From assembly GCA_965116495.1 (NCBI GenBank), contig OZ220696.1, forward strand, positions 3,776,001-3,840,000: 64,000 nucleotides of DNA, read 5' to 3'. Numbering within the stretch: position 1 is the stretch's first letter; every line of letters begins with the position of its first letter. A program made the position numbers and the translations under genes. The notes beneath the pieces were generated by a model that saw nothing but the letters and a program-made list of their open reading frames with translations, did no database searches and was not told the origin of the DNA. Positions 32,119 to 40,920 of this stretch are shown one piece after another. The DNA comes from Gammaproteobacteria bacterium (GTDB lineage: Bacteria > Pseudomonadota > Gammaproteobacteria > Eutrophobiales > Eutrophobiaceae).

Positions 32119-32160
32119 GGCTCTTGAAAGCACGATACTTTGTTGTATATTCACAACACC

Positions 32161-32802
32161 GTGATGGATTTTCTTGATTTTCGCCTGATTGTTAATACTG
32201 CTATAGGTACTGCTATTGGCGGGGTTGTTGCTACTTTTTTGTTTCTTCCAATTGTGATTGCTTGGCTTAAGACAGCATCAAATTGGAGCGGGTGGAAAAG
32301 AATAACTGTGGTTTTTGGCCCTGTCGCCGTTATTGTTTTATTTATTACATTTCTATTTTTGATTAAATATTTGGAATTGGCTGCGCAAGATAGTTTTGCG
32401 TTTTCGTGCCCTAAAGAATGTGTGCTGGATGAAATAACAGTTGTCAATAAATGTAATAGAACAGGAAATTTGTACGCCAACCCAGAAACGAGAATAAAAA
32501 TGTTAAGCGATAAGGAAATTTATTCTATGTTGCCTGGAAATCCGCCTGAGCCAAGGTATTTTTATCATGGTTTCTATCGGAAAGAGTCCCCATACCCATC
32601 TGCTATAACAGATTTAGCCAGACAAACATTTTTTGGTTGTATCAAAAAATCTGGTTACGTACCTCATGAGTGTGCAGCAGGCAAGCTTTGTTACAAAATA
32701 ATATCTACGTCATTTTTTGATAATGAACTGGGATTACCTATGACAGGACGTATAAACGGAATAAGTATGGTACGCGTTGAACCTTCAACGGAAATTGATT
32801 AA
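32161..32802 (+). CDS. Hypothetical AT-rich membrane protein (two N-terminal TM helices, Cys-rich soluble part)
   Basis: Long ORF in low-GC DNA; start placed at GTG 32161/ATG 32164, outside the transposon end. Confidence 0.6.
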   Translation: MMDFLDFRLIVNTAIGTAIGGVVATFLFLPIVIAWLKTASNWSGWKRITVVFGPVAVIVLFITFLFLIKYLELAAQDSFAFSCPKECVLDEITVVNKCNRTGNLYANPETRIKMLSDKEIYSMLPGNPPEPRYFYHGFYRKESPYPSAITDLARQTFFGCIKKSGYVPHECAAGKLCYKIISTSFFDNELGLPMTGRINGISMVRVEPSTEID

Positions 32803-32841
32803 TCCGATTAATTCTCTTTTGCTCAGTTAGAAGTATTATTC

Positions 32842-33891
32842 GTGAATATTCCGAATAATGAGGGTATGGCGTGCGACGCCGTGATACGGCATCTTGAGAA
32901 ATGGACCGACGAGACACGCACCGAAATTCGTCATCCCGAATCAGACGGTGTCGGTCCGCCCGTTGAACTGCGCCTGCAACTGGGCAATCAAAACTACGCG
33001 ATTGAGCACACGCGCGTTGAGTCGTTTGATAACCAGATCAAGGCCGGCATCTCAATCAGAGAAATAAAGAACTATATCAAGGAGCAGTTTACGGACCCCT
33101 TGCCGGGACCGGTTTACTACGAATTGCAGGTGCCGATGGATGTCTGCCTCCCTGAAAAGAGGAAAGATAGAGAGCGGATGTTAAGCACTCTTGACATGTG
33201 GATTAGAGAGGGTGCGCATTGTATGCATGGGAGGAACACAGACCTTTTTAGACCCCTGTTCGCACCCAATCGTAGCAAAGTCTGGCACGATGACTGCGTT
33301 ACCGGCACACCGCTGGGTACTGCTTATGAAATCAAATTGGTGCGGACAAAACTCTGGCCGCCTGATATACATACAGCAGGGCGCAAGCCGGGGACTATTG
33401 TGCTGTGGTACAACTACCTCGATGAAGATGAAAGAAGCCATCGTTATTTCAGGCGGCTGCAACGGGCGTTTGACAAAAAGTGCCCGAAACTCAAACGTTG
33501 CAAGGTCGAAGGCGCCCGAACGGTACTGATACTGGAGGCCGTCGATTCCATCGTCACGCTCACCGACCAGATAGGTCGCCATCTTCCAGCATTACTGGAC
33601 GGACAGAAGGATGCGCCGGACGATATTTATCTGGTAAGTCCCAGTGACTCTCTGTGGTGGGTGTATCCGGTAAAACATGATGACGACCATTGGCCTGACG
33701 TGGGGATGCCGCCGCCGGGACAATCCATCTACGAGGAAGGCATATCACCGACGGCAGGCATGCCGAAATGGTACAGGGATGGACTCGGGTTGGATGATTT
33801 GTATGTGACTATGCCGCGGAAGTGGTACCCGGGCACCTTCGACCAACATGAACTGGATGACCTGACACAGGACCAGGCTTCAGAGATGTGA
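32842..33891 (+). CDS. Hypothetical protein, possible PD-(D/E)xK-like nuclease fold
   Basis: 349-aa ORF; PE......PVELRL......YAIEHT resembles the P(D/E)...IEHT pattern; function uncertain. Confidence 0.55.
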   Translation: MNIPNNEGMACDAVIRHLEKWTDETRTEIRHPESDGVGPPVELRLQLGNQNYAIEHTRVESFDNQIKAGISIREIKNYIKEQFTDPLPGPVYYELQVPMDVCLPEKRKDRERMLSTLDMWIREGAHCMHGRNTDLFRPLFAPNRSKVWHDDCVTGTPLGTAYEIKLVRTKLWPPDIHTAGRKPGTIVLWYNYLDEDERSHRYFRRLQRAFDKKCPKLKRCKVEGARTVLILEAVDSIVTLTDQIGRHLPALLDGQKDAPDDIYLVSPSDSLWWVYPVKHDDDHWPDVGMPPPGQSIYEEGISPTAGMPKWYRDGLGLDDLYVTMPRKWYPGTFDQHELDDLTQDQASEM

Positions 33892-34106
33892 TGTCGAAAT
33901 TGAGTGATACTGATTGGATTAGGACGACACCATGAGTGTCTCGAAAAGCATTGCGACCGACTTCATCGTTGGAGATTAGGAATGCCCGAGAAAGTAATAC
34001 ACCAGTGCTGACGTTGCAGCGGGCGAGGTAACGTTGGAACACGCACCTCCCGCATCGCTCAAAGAATCACCCCTCTGCTTGACATGCTTTCCAAAGACAA
34101 GAAAAC

Positions 34107-34295
34107 GTGATGTCCGAAGGGCACAACCCACCCATCGGCATCCTTCTCTGCATACAGCGTGATCATACGCTGGTAGACTATGCGCTGGCCCGGATGGACA
34201 ACAGCCTTTTTGTTTCCAAATACCAGCTAGAGCTTCCAAATAAGGAAGAAATGCAGCGGTTTATCGAGGTACGGGGGCGGGAAACGGGATCATGA
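34107..34295 (+). pseudogene. C-terminal fragment of a YhcG/DUF1016 PDDEXK nuclease
   Basis: EG.NPPIGILLC......LV.YAL..M...LFVSKYQLELP..EEMQRFIE. Confidence 0.8.
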
Positions 34296-34380
34296 AACCG
34301 TTAACTGGATCGCAAATTGCTATCATCCACCTGAGAGTGACCAAGTCAGCAACAGTTCTTGAGACCTGCACGGAGCAAAT

Positions 34381-34479
34381 ATGGGAAAGATTGAGAATTT
34401 TGAAGATATCGAAGCTTGGAAGAAGGCGCGGGAACTGGCCAGGCAAGAGCAACTGAAGCTGACCGGAGGCAACAAATGA
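34381..34479 (+). pseudogene. N-terminal fragment of a four-helix-bundle (IVS-protein-like) gene
   Basis: [21 protein letters not shown] then unrelated tail; TGA overlaps hsdM ATG. Confidence 0.7.
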
Positions 34480-36026
34480 GCAAGAACAACAATAGTGCCA
34501 ATCTCGGCTTTGAGAACCAGATGTGGGCAGCTGCAGACAAGCTCCGGGGGCATATGGACGCCTCTGAGTATAAGCACGTGGTTCTCGGTTTGATTTTTCT
34601 GAAATACATCTCTGACGCTTTCCAGGCCAAGTACAAGCAGCTTGAGGCCATGAAGGATACCGAATACACCGACCCGGAAGACCGAGACGAATACTCGGCA
34701 GCCAACATCTTCTGGGTGCCGAAGGAAGCCCGCTGGGCCAAACTGCAGGCGAGCGCCAAACAAACGACTATCGGCAAGCTCGTTGATGATGCGATGGTGG
34801 CCATTGAAAAAGAGAATCCGACGCTTAAAGGCGTTCTCCCCAAGGACTATGCGCGCCCGGCCTTGGACAAACACCGTTTGGGTGAGCTCATCGATATCAT
34901 CAGCAAGATCGGGCTTGGGGATGATGAATCCAGGTCGAAAGATATTCTTGGTCGGGTCTATGAGTATTTCCTCGGGCGTTTTGCCGCAGCGGAAGGAAAA
35001 GGCGGCGGCGAGTTTTACACGCCTCAGTGCGTGGTCAAACTGCTCGTCAGAATGATCGAGCCCTATAAAGGCCGCGTGTATGACCCGTGCTGCGGCTCTG
35101 GCGGCATGTTTGTCCAGAGTGAGCATTTTGTTGAAGAGCGCGGCGGACGCCTGGGCGACATCGCCATCTATGGCCAGGAGTCCAACTCCACTACCTGGCG
35201 GCTAGCCATGATGAACCTTGCCATCAGAGGGCTTGATGCCAATGTTGGAGGTCAGCATGCAGACAGCTTCCACAACGACCTGCACAAAGACCTGCGCGCC
35301 GATTTCATCCTCGCCAATCCGCCTTTTAACATGAGCGACTGGGGCGGCGAACGCCTTCGGGAAGACGCCCGCTGGAAATACGGCATCCCGCCGGTGAACA
35401 ACGCCAACTACGCCTGGATTCAACATTTCATCCATCACCTGTCGCCTACGGGTGTTGCCGGTTTTGTCATGGCCAACGGCTCCATGTCCACCAATACCAC
35501 CAGCGAGGGAGAAATTCGCAAGAACATCATTGAGGCTGACTTGGTGGACTGCATGATTGCGTTACCCGGACAGCTCTTTTACACGACGCAGATTCCGGTG
35601 TGCCTCTGGTTCGTAGCCCGGAACAAGAAGAACGGCAAGTTCCGCAACAGGCGCGGCCACACGCTTTTCATTGATGCGCGCAAACTCGGCGCCCTCGTTG
35701 ATCGAACCCACAAGGATTTTTCCGAAGAAGAGATCGACAACGTCGTAACCACCTACCATGCCTGGCGGGGCGAAAAGAATGCCGGTGAGTATAACGATGT
35801 GCCAGGCTTCTGCAAGAGCGCCAGTACCGGGGAAATCAAGGAACATGGTTACGTGTTGACCCCTGGTCGCTATGTGGGCGTTGCTGAGATCGAGGACGAC
35901 GGCATTCCATTCGAGGAGAAGATGGCCGGACTTTCAGCCACGTTATACGAACAGTTTGCCGAAGCCGACAGGCTCGAAGCCGTCATCAGGAAGAACCTGG
36001 AGGTCTTGGGGTGTGGGGTGGAATAG
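34476..36026 (+). CDS. hsdM: Type I restriction-modification methyltransferase subunit
   Basis: [28 protein letters not shown]. Confidence 0.96.
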   Translation: MSKNNNSANLGFENQMWAAADKLRGHMDASEYKHVVLGLIFLKYISDAFQAKYKQLEAMKDTEYTDPEDRDEYSAANIFWVPKEARWAKLQASAKQTTIGKLVDDAMVAIEKENPTLKGVLPKDYARPALDKHRLGELIDIISKIGLGDDESRSKDILGRVYEYFLGRFAAAEGKGGGEFYTPQCVVKLLVRMIEPYKGRVYDPCCGSGGMFVQSEHFVEERGGRLGDIAIYGQESNSTTWRLAMMNLAIRGLDANVGGQHADSFHNDLHKDLRADFILANPPFNMSDWGGERLREDARWKYGIPPVNNANYAWIQHFIHHLSPTGVAGFVMANGSMSTNTTSEGEIRKNIIEADLVDCMIALPGQLFYTTQIPVCLWFVARNKKNGKFRNRRGHTLFIDARKLGALVDRTHKDFSEEEIDNVVTTYHAWRGEKNAGEYNDVPGFCKSASTGEIKEHGYVLTPGRYVGVAEIEDDGIPFEEKMAGLSATLYEQFAEADRLEAVIRKNLEVLGCGVE

Positions 36027-36210
36027 ATGACGGTTCGAGTATCCATCAGTTCGGTACAGAAAGAGCTTGAACCGGAGCGGCTCGCATTGTTCTCGTTATT
36101 GACCACCGATCCGACGTTAAAGGGTTATATTGAACCCATTCTCTTCGAACAGCTTTTCTCGCCCGTGGGCAGGGCGAACCGACCGATAATCGACCGACGA
36201 AACGGAAAAA

Positions 36211-36312
36211 ATGACCGAACTTTCAGCCACGTTGTATAAGCAGTTTGCCGAACCTGCTCAACTCGGAGCCAGCATACAAAAGAATTTGGGGTCGATGGGC
36301 TATGGCGAGTGA
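36211..36312 (+). repeat. Diverged second copy of the hsdM 3' end
   Basis: MTELSATLYKQFAEPAQLGASIQKNLGSMGYGE versus [34 protein letters not shown] (35922-36026). Confidence 0.85.
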
Positions 36313-37543
36313 TTGGCAGGAATACAAGCTCGCGGACCTCTGCGAGTCGATTGATTATGGATTCACTACATCGGCCAAAGACGAGCCTGTAGGGCCGAAG
36401 TTCCTTCGTATTACCGATATTGTGACCGGTCATATTGACTGGAATGATGTGCCTTACTGCGAGAGTGACCAAGCTAATACTAAACAGTACCTTGTCCATG
36501 ACAAAGACATTGTTATCGCTCGAACAGGCGCAAGTACCGGGAGCAGTATTTTTATATCTTCTCCCCCAGAAGCAGTGTTTGCTTCGTATCTGGTACGTCT
36601 GAAGATTTCTGATAAGGCTCATTCTCGGTTTATCTCTTATTTTCTGAAATCTCCAGAGTTCTGGGCTTATATGCAGGGCGTATTGGGTGACAAATCTGCA
36701 CAACCCAATGCTAGCGCTAAGACAATGACCCAGGTCAAACTGAAATTACCACCAAATAATGAACAACAGGCCATTGCTCATATCCTCGGATCGCTGGACG
36801 ACAAAATTGAATTGAACCGCCGGATGAACGAAACGTTGGAGGCCACTGCCCGGGCAACTTTCAAGTCCTGGTTCGTGGATTTCGATCCGGTGCGAGCCAA
36901 AGCAGAAGGCGGTGACACCGGCTTGCCGGAAGATGTGGCCGCGCTCTTTCCCGACAGTTTCGAGAACTCGGAGCTTGGGGAGATTCCGGCGGGGTGGTAT
37001 GTCAAGACAATTGGAGATGTGGCTGAGTTTGCCTATGGAAAGGCCTTAAAGGCATCCGATAGAAAACTCGGCGACGTACCGGTATTTGGTTCCAATGGAC
37101 AAGTGGGACTACACAATGAAGTCTTTGTCAAAGGACCAGGAATCGTTGTCGGACGAAAAGGCAATCCAGGAATCGTCACATGGTCATATGAGGATTTTTT
37201 CCCAATTGACACAACCTTCTATGTCAAGAAAACAGGAGTTGTTTCAAGCCTGCACTATCTTTTCTATGCTCTAAAATATCAAGATTTACCGAGTTTAAGC
37301 GCAGATTCCGCCGTTCCTGGGTTGAACCGAAATTTAGCATATATGAGTAAGTTCTTAGTGCCTCCTGAAAAGGTCTTGAAGGTTTTAGATGGACAGATTT
37401 ATCCATTATTTCAAACGATCTACACAAATGAAAAAGAAATAATAACCCTCGCTTCTCTCCGCGATATCTTCCTGCCCAAACTCATTTCCGGCGAGTTGCG
37501 TGTCCCGGATGCCGAGAAATTCGTTGAGGAGGCCGGGATATGA
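36302..37543 (+). CDS. hsdS: Type I RM specificity subunit (two TRDs)
   Basis: LPP..EQQAIA.ILGSLDDKIELN, ELGEIP.GW, L..LRD..LPKLISGELRV. Confidence 0.95.
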   Translation: MASDWQEYKLADLCESIDYGFTTSAKDEPVGPKFLRITDIVTGHIDWNDVPYCESDQANTKQYLVHDKDIVIARTGASTGSSIFISSPPEAVFASYLVRLKISDKAHSRFISYFLKSPEFWAYMQGVLGDKSAQPNASAKTMTQVKLKLPPNNEQQAIAHILGSLDDKIELNRRMNETLEATARATFKSWFVDFDPVRAKAEGGDTGLPEDVAALFPDSFENSELGEIPAGWYVKTIGDVAEFAYGKALKASDRKLGDVPVFGSNGQVGLHNEVFVKGPGIVVGRKGNPGIVTWSYEDFFPIDTTFYVKKTGVVSSLHYLFYALKYQDLPSLSADSAVPGLNRNLAYMSKFLVPPEKVLKVLDGQIYPLFQTIYTNEKEIITLASLRDIFLPKLISGELRVPDAEKFVEEAGI

Positions 37544-39837
37544 TAGAAAAATTCATTTCAATAAAGAACATCGGGCGGTTTCGAGATTGCAGTCCTCGTG
37601 GGGATGTGTCCTTACGGAAGTTGACCTTGCTTTTTGCCGAGAACGGACGAGGCAAGACGACGCTTTGCGCGATCTTCCGTTCGCTCCAAACCGGCTTGTC
37701 TCAATACATTTCCGAACGGCAAACATTGGGAGCGACAGATTCGGCATCCGTCCAAGTACGACTTGACGGTAATACTTACGCTTTTGCGACCGATGGGTGG
37801 TCGTCCACTCACTCGGACATTATCGTATTTGATTCGGTCTTTGTTCATGACAATGTGTACGCTGGTGATTATGTAGAGCACGAACACAAGAAGAATCTCT
37901 ACCGTGTAGTCGTCGGTGCCCAAGGCGTTCAACTCGCACGGAAGGTTGAAGACTTGGACGGCAAGATTCGTGATGTCAATACCGACATCAACACAAAAAA
38001 AAGCGTTGCATCAAATACTCTCCCGAATGGAACGACGCTCGAGGATTATCTTTCCTGGCAACCTGTCGAAGATGTTGAAACCAAGATAAGTCAGAAGAGT
38101 AGCGAAGTAGCCAATCGTCAGCGCGCTTTGGACAAGGCGACAGAAATACAATCCAAAGGCCTGCTTTCGAAGATTGGCCTGCCCGCTCTTCCTGCCGATT
38201 GCTTGGACATTCTATCCAAACAGTTAACCGATATAATTGCTGATGCTGGGGCGCGCATCCGACGGCAAATCGAAGATCACAGCATGGGGAACCAAGGCGA
38301 AACATGGCTATCTCAGGGATTGGGCTTTGTTGCCGAAGACAAATGCCCCTTTTGCGGGCAAGGAATCACGACCAACGAACTGATTGCCGCCTACAACTCG
38401 CATTTCAACACCGCCTATGCGGAATTGAAGCAGGAAGTTGCAGCCCTTTCTCAGCGAGTATCCAGTGCGGTCGGGGAAACCTCTCTCAACACTCCTCAGC
38501 AAACGTACTCAAGCAACCAGACGCTCGTCGAATTCTGGAAGCAATTTACCGAAATTGCTGTGCCCTCCCTCGACTTCGAGGATGTCCGCATAAAGTACAC
38601 AACGCTTCACGATCTTGCCTCAATGCTGGCTGAAACAAAGCAGCAATCGCCAACGGAGCCCATTCTGCCGGGTGACGATTTCCAGGCCGTGCTTGGTGCT
38701 GTGACTGCCCTTCAATCCTCAGTCGAGGTTTACAATGCCGCAGTGGAAACGGCAAATACTCTCATCAACGAGCAGAAAGCATCAGTGCAGCAAGGCGCTG
38801 ACATAAACGTTCTCAAAAGTGAACTGGCCGACTTGGTGGCTAAGAAAGAGCGCTTCGAGTCGGATGTTGTGCAGGCATGCAAACACTACCAAGATGCGGT
38901 AAAAGCGAAGACCTCTCTTGAACAGCAAAAAACGGCGGCCAAGGAACAGCTCGACCAACACTGCGAGCAGATTCTTCAAACCTGCCAATCGTCCATAAAC
39001 ACATACCTGGACCAGTTTAATGCTGGATTCAGAATCACGAACTCACGGCATCGATATACCGGTGGAACACCCAGCTCTCATTACCAGATTGAAATAAATA
39101 ACAATGCAGTTGACCTTGGCGATTCACGAACACAACCGGGCACACCAAGCTTCAAGACAACTCTGAGTTCGGGAGACCGAAGCGCTTTAGCCCTTGCTTT
39201 TTTTCTTGCGGTGTTGAAGCAGGATGCGGAAATCGAAAACAAGATTGTCGTCTTCGATGATCCATTCACCAGTCAGGATCGCTTTCGCCGCACATGTACG
39301 CAGCAGCTGATTCGCCAAATGGCAGACACGGCCCAACAGGTTATCGTTCTCTCACATGATCCGTCATTCCTGAAATCCATCTGGGAAGGTTACGCAACCG
39401 CAGACATCAAAACTCTGCAAATGTGCAGGACTGGAGATAATACGATCATCGGCGAGTGGGATATTGAAGCGGAAACGAAGTCAACTTACTTGAAGAACTA
39501 CTCCGCGCTTCTTGATTTCTATCGGGAATGGAAAGGTGTACCGTTGGATGTTGCGCGCTCAATCCGTCCCTTCATTGAAGGGTTGCTACGTGCTCGTTTC
39601 CCCGGACACTTTCAACCAAACGAATGGCTTGGTGATTTCATTGTCAAAATCCGGAACGCAAGCAATACCGATGGACTGTCTCCCGCCCAAGCTGATCTAT
39701 CGGAAATCGAAGCGATCAACGATTATTCCAAAAAATACCACCATGATCAGAATCCAAGTGCAGCTTCTGAAACTTTGTCAGAAGACGAATTGCATGGCTT
39801 TGTAAAACGAACACTAAACTTAGCAGGGGATTGTTGA
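37540..39837 (+). CDS. AAA_13 / Rad50-SMC-like ATPase with zinc hook (RloC-like)
   Basis: Walker A AENGRGKTT, coiled coil with CPFCGQ hook, LSSGD signature, VVFDDP, LSHD; extra helical C-terminal domain; sits between hsdS and hsdR. Confidence 0.8.
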   Translation: MIEKFISIKNIGRFRDCSPRGDVSLRKLTLLFAENGRGKTTLCAIFRSLQTGLSQYISERQTLGATDSASVQVRLDGNTYAFATDGWSSTHSDIIVFDSVFVHDNVYAGDYVEHEHKKNLYRVVVGAQGVQLARKVEDLDGKIRDVNTDINTKKSVASNTLPNGTTLEDYLSWQPVEDVETKISQKSSEVANRQRALDKATEIQSKGLLSKIGLPALPADCLDILSKQLTDIIADAGARIRRQIEDHSMGNQGETWLSQGLGFVAEDKCPFCGQGITTNELIAAYNSHFNTAYAELKQEVAALSQRVSSAVGETSLNTPQQTYSSNQTLVEFWKQFTEIAVPSLDFEDVRIKYTTLHDLASMLAETKQQSPTEPILPGDDFQAVLGAVTALQSSVEVYNAAVETANTLINEQKASVQQGADINVLKSELADLVAKKERFESDVVQACKHYQDAVKAKTSLEQQKTAAKEQLDQHCEQILQTCQSSINTYLDQFNAGFRITNSRHRYTGGTPSSHYQIEINNNAVDLGDSRTQPGTPSFKTTLSSGDRSALALAFFLAVLKQDAEIENKIVVFDDPFTSQDRFRRTCTQQLIRQMADTAQQVIVLSHDPSFLKSIWEGYATADIKTLQMCRTGDNTIIGEWDIEAETKSTYLKNYSALLDFYREWKGVPLDVARSIRPFIEGLLRARFPGHFQPNEWLGDFIVKIRNASNTDGLSPAQADLSEIEAINDYSKKYHHDQNPSAASETLSEDELHGFVKRTLNLAGDC

Positions 39838-39912
39838 AATGATTAAGACCTCCGAAACCATTCTTGACTGGATTGTTAAGGAGCTGGCACATCGCATCCC
39901 TGGGTGAGAAGT

Positions 39913-40920
39913 ATGAAGCAAAACAACGAAATCATCCTTTACAGCACCCCGGACGGTGACAAGAAAGTCGGTGTATTGTTTCACGATGAGAATTTCTGGC
40001 TGACCCAGAAGGTCTTGGCTGAGCTATTCAATGTAAAGATACCTGCAGTCAGTAAACATCTTAAAAATATCTTTGAATCCGGTGAACTGATTGAGGATTC
40101 AGTTATTTCCATTTTGGAAACAACTGCTGTCGATGGCAAAAACTATAAAACCAAATATTACAACCTCGATGCCATCATTGCCGTTGGATACCGGGTTAAC
40201 AGCTACCAGGCCACCCAATTCCGTATTTGGGCAACCAAAACTCTGAAAGAATTCATCATCAAGGGTTTTGTGCTGGATGATGAACGGCTCAAACAGGGAA
40301 AGCACTTCGGCAAGGATTATTTCGATGAGCTTCTGGAACGGATTCGGGAAATCCGGGCCAGTGAGAGGCGGTTTTATCAAAAGATCACCGATATTTATGC
40401 GCTTTCAGCGGATTATGATCGGGACGCTCCGATGACCCATGAATTTTTCGCTACCGTTCAGAACAAACTGCACTGGGCCATTACCGGAAAGACCGCGGCG
40501 GAAATCATCTACGAAGCGGCGGATGCAGAAAAAATGCACATGGGGCTTACAAGCTGGAAGCAGGCGCCTGACGGGAAAATTCTGAAATCGGATATCTCTG
40601 TTGCCAAAAACTATTTGAGCGAGGCTCACATCAGAGAATTAAACCGGATTGTGACCGCCTACCTCGACCTTGCCGAAAATCGGGCTGAGCGGCAGATTCT
40701 CATGAGGATGGAAAACTGGGTTCAGTTTCTGCACAGTTTTTTGGAGCTTTCCAACTACCCGATTCTTAAAGACAAGGGAAAAGTAAGCGCGCTCGATGCG
40801 AGATTGAAGGCCGAACAGGAATACGAAACATATAGGAAGCAACAGGACCGGGACTATATTTCCGACTTTGACCGGGAAATTAAGCGCGTTCAGGGCACGC
40901 AAGGGGAGGACTTTGAATAA
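39913..40920 (+). CDS. RhuM-family protein
   Basis: [56 protein letters not shown]. Confidence 0.92.
   Translation: MKQNNEIILYSTPDGDKKVGVLFHDENFWLTQKVLAELFNVKIPAVSKHLKNIFESGELIEDSVISILETTAVDGKNYKTKYYNLDAIIAVGYRVNSYQATQFRIWATKTLKEFIIKGFVLDDERLKQGKHFGKDYFDELLERIREIRASERRFYQKITDIYALSADYDRDAPMTHEFFATVQNKLHWAITGKTAAEIIYEAADAEKMHMGLTSWKQAPDGKILKSDISVAKNYLSEAHIRELNRIVTAYLDLAENRAERQILMRMENWVQFLHSFLELSNYPILKDKGKVSALDARLKAEQEYETYRKQQDRDYISDFDREIKRVQGTQGEDFE

Larger units (their letters stand above)
31513..32155. mobile_element. Non-autonomous mini-Tn7-like element at the attTn7 position (643 bp, no tns genes)
   Basis: Starts TGT 25 nt after the glmS stop. Three adjacent repeats: ACAATTAAGTGTCATACTT, ACAATAAAGCATCATACTT, AAAAAGTGTCATACTT. 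The far end read inward, TGTGAATATACAACAAAGTATCGTGCTT, matches 20/28. Further spaced site at 32062-32080. Confidence 0.8.

Noticed and set aside
31508-32160. 5-bp target-site duplication around the mini-element
   Set aside because: Flanks are AACGG and ACACC; no direct repeat
36027-36239. 70-aa ORF between hsdM and hsdS as a functional gene
   Set aside because: No recognisable motif and it runs into the duplicated hsdM tail; treated as a remnant
36302-37543. Invertible hsdS shufflon
   Set aside because: Single hsdS, no silent TRDs, no inverted repeats or recombinase seen
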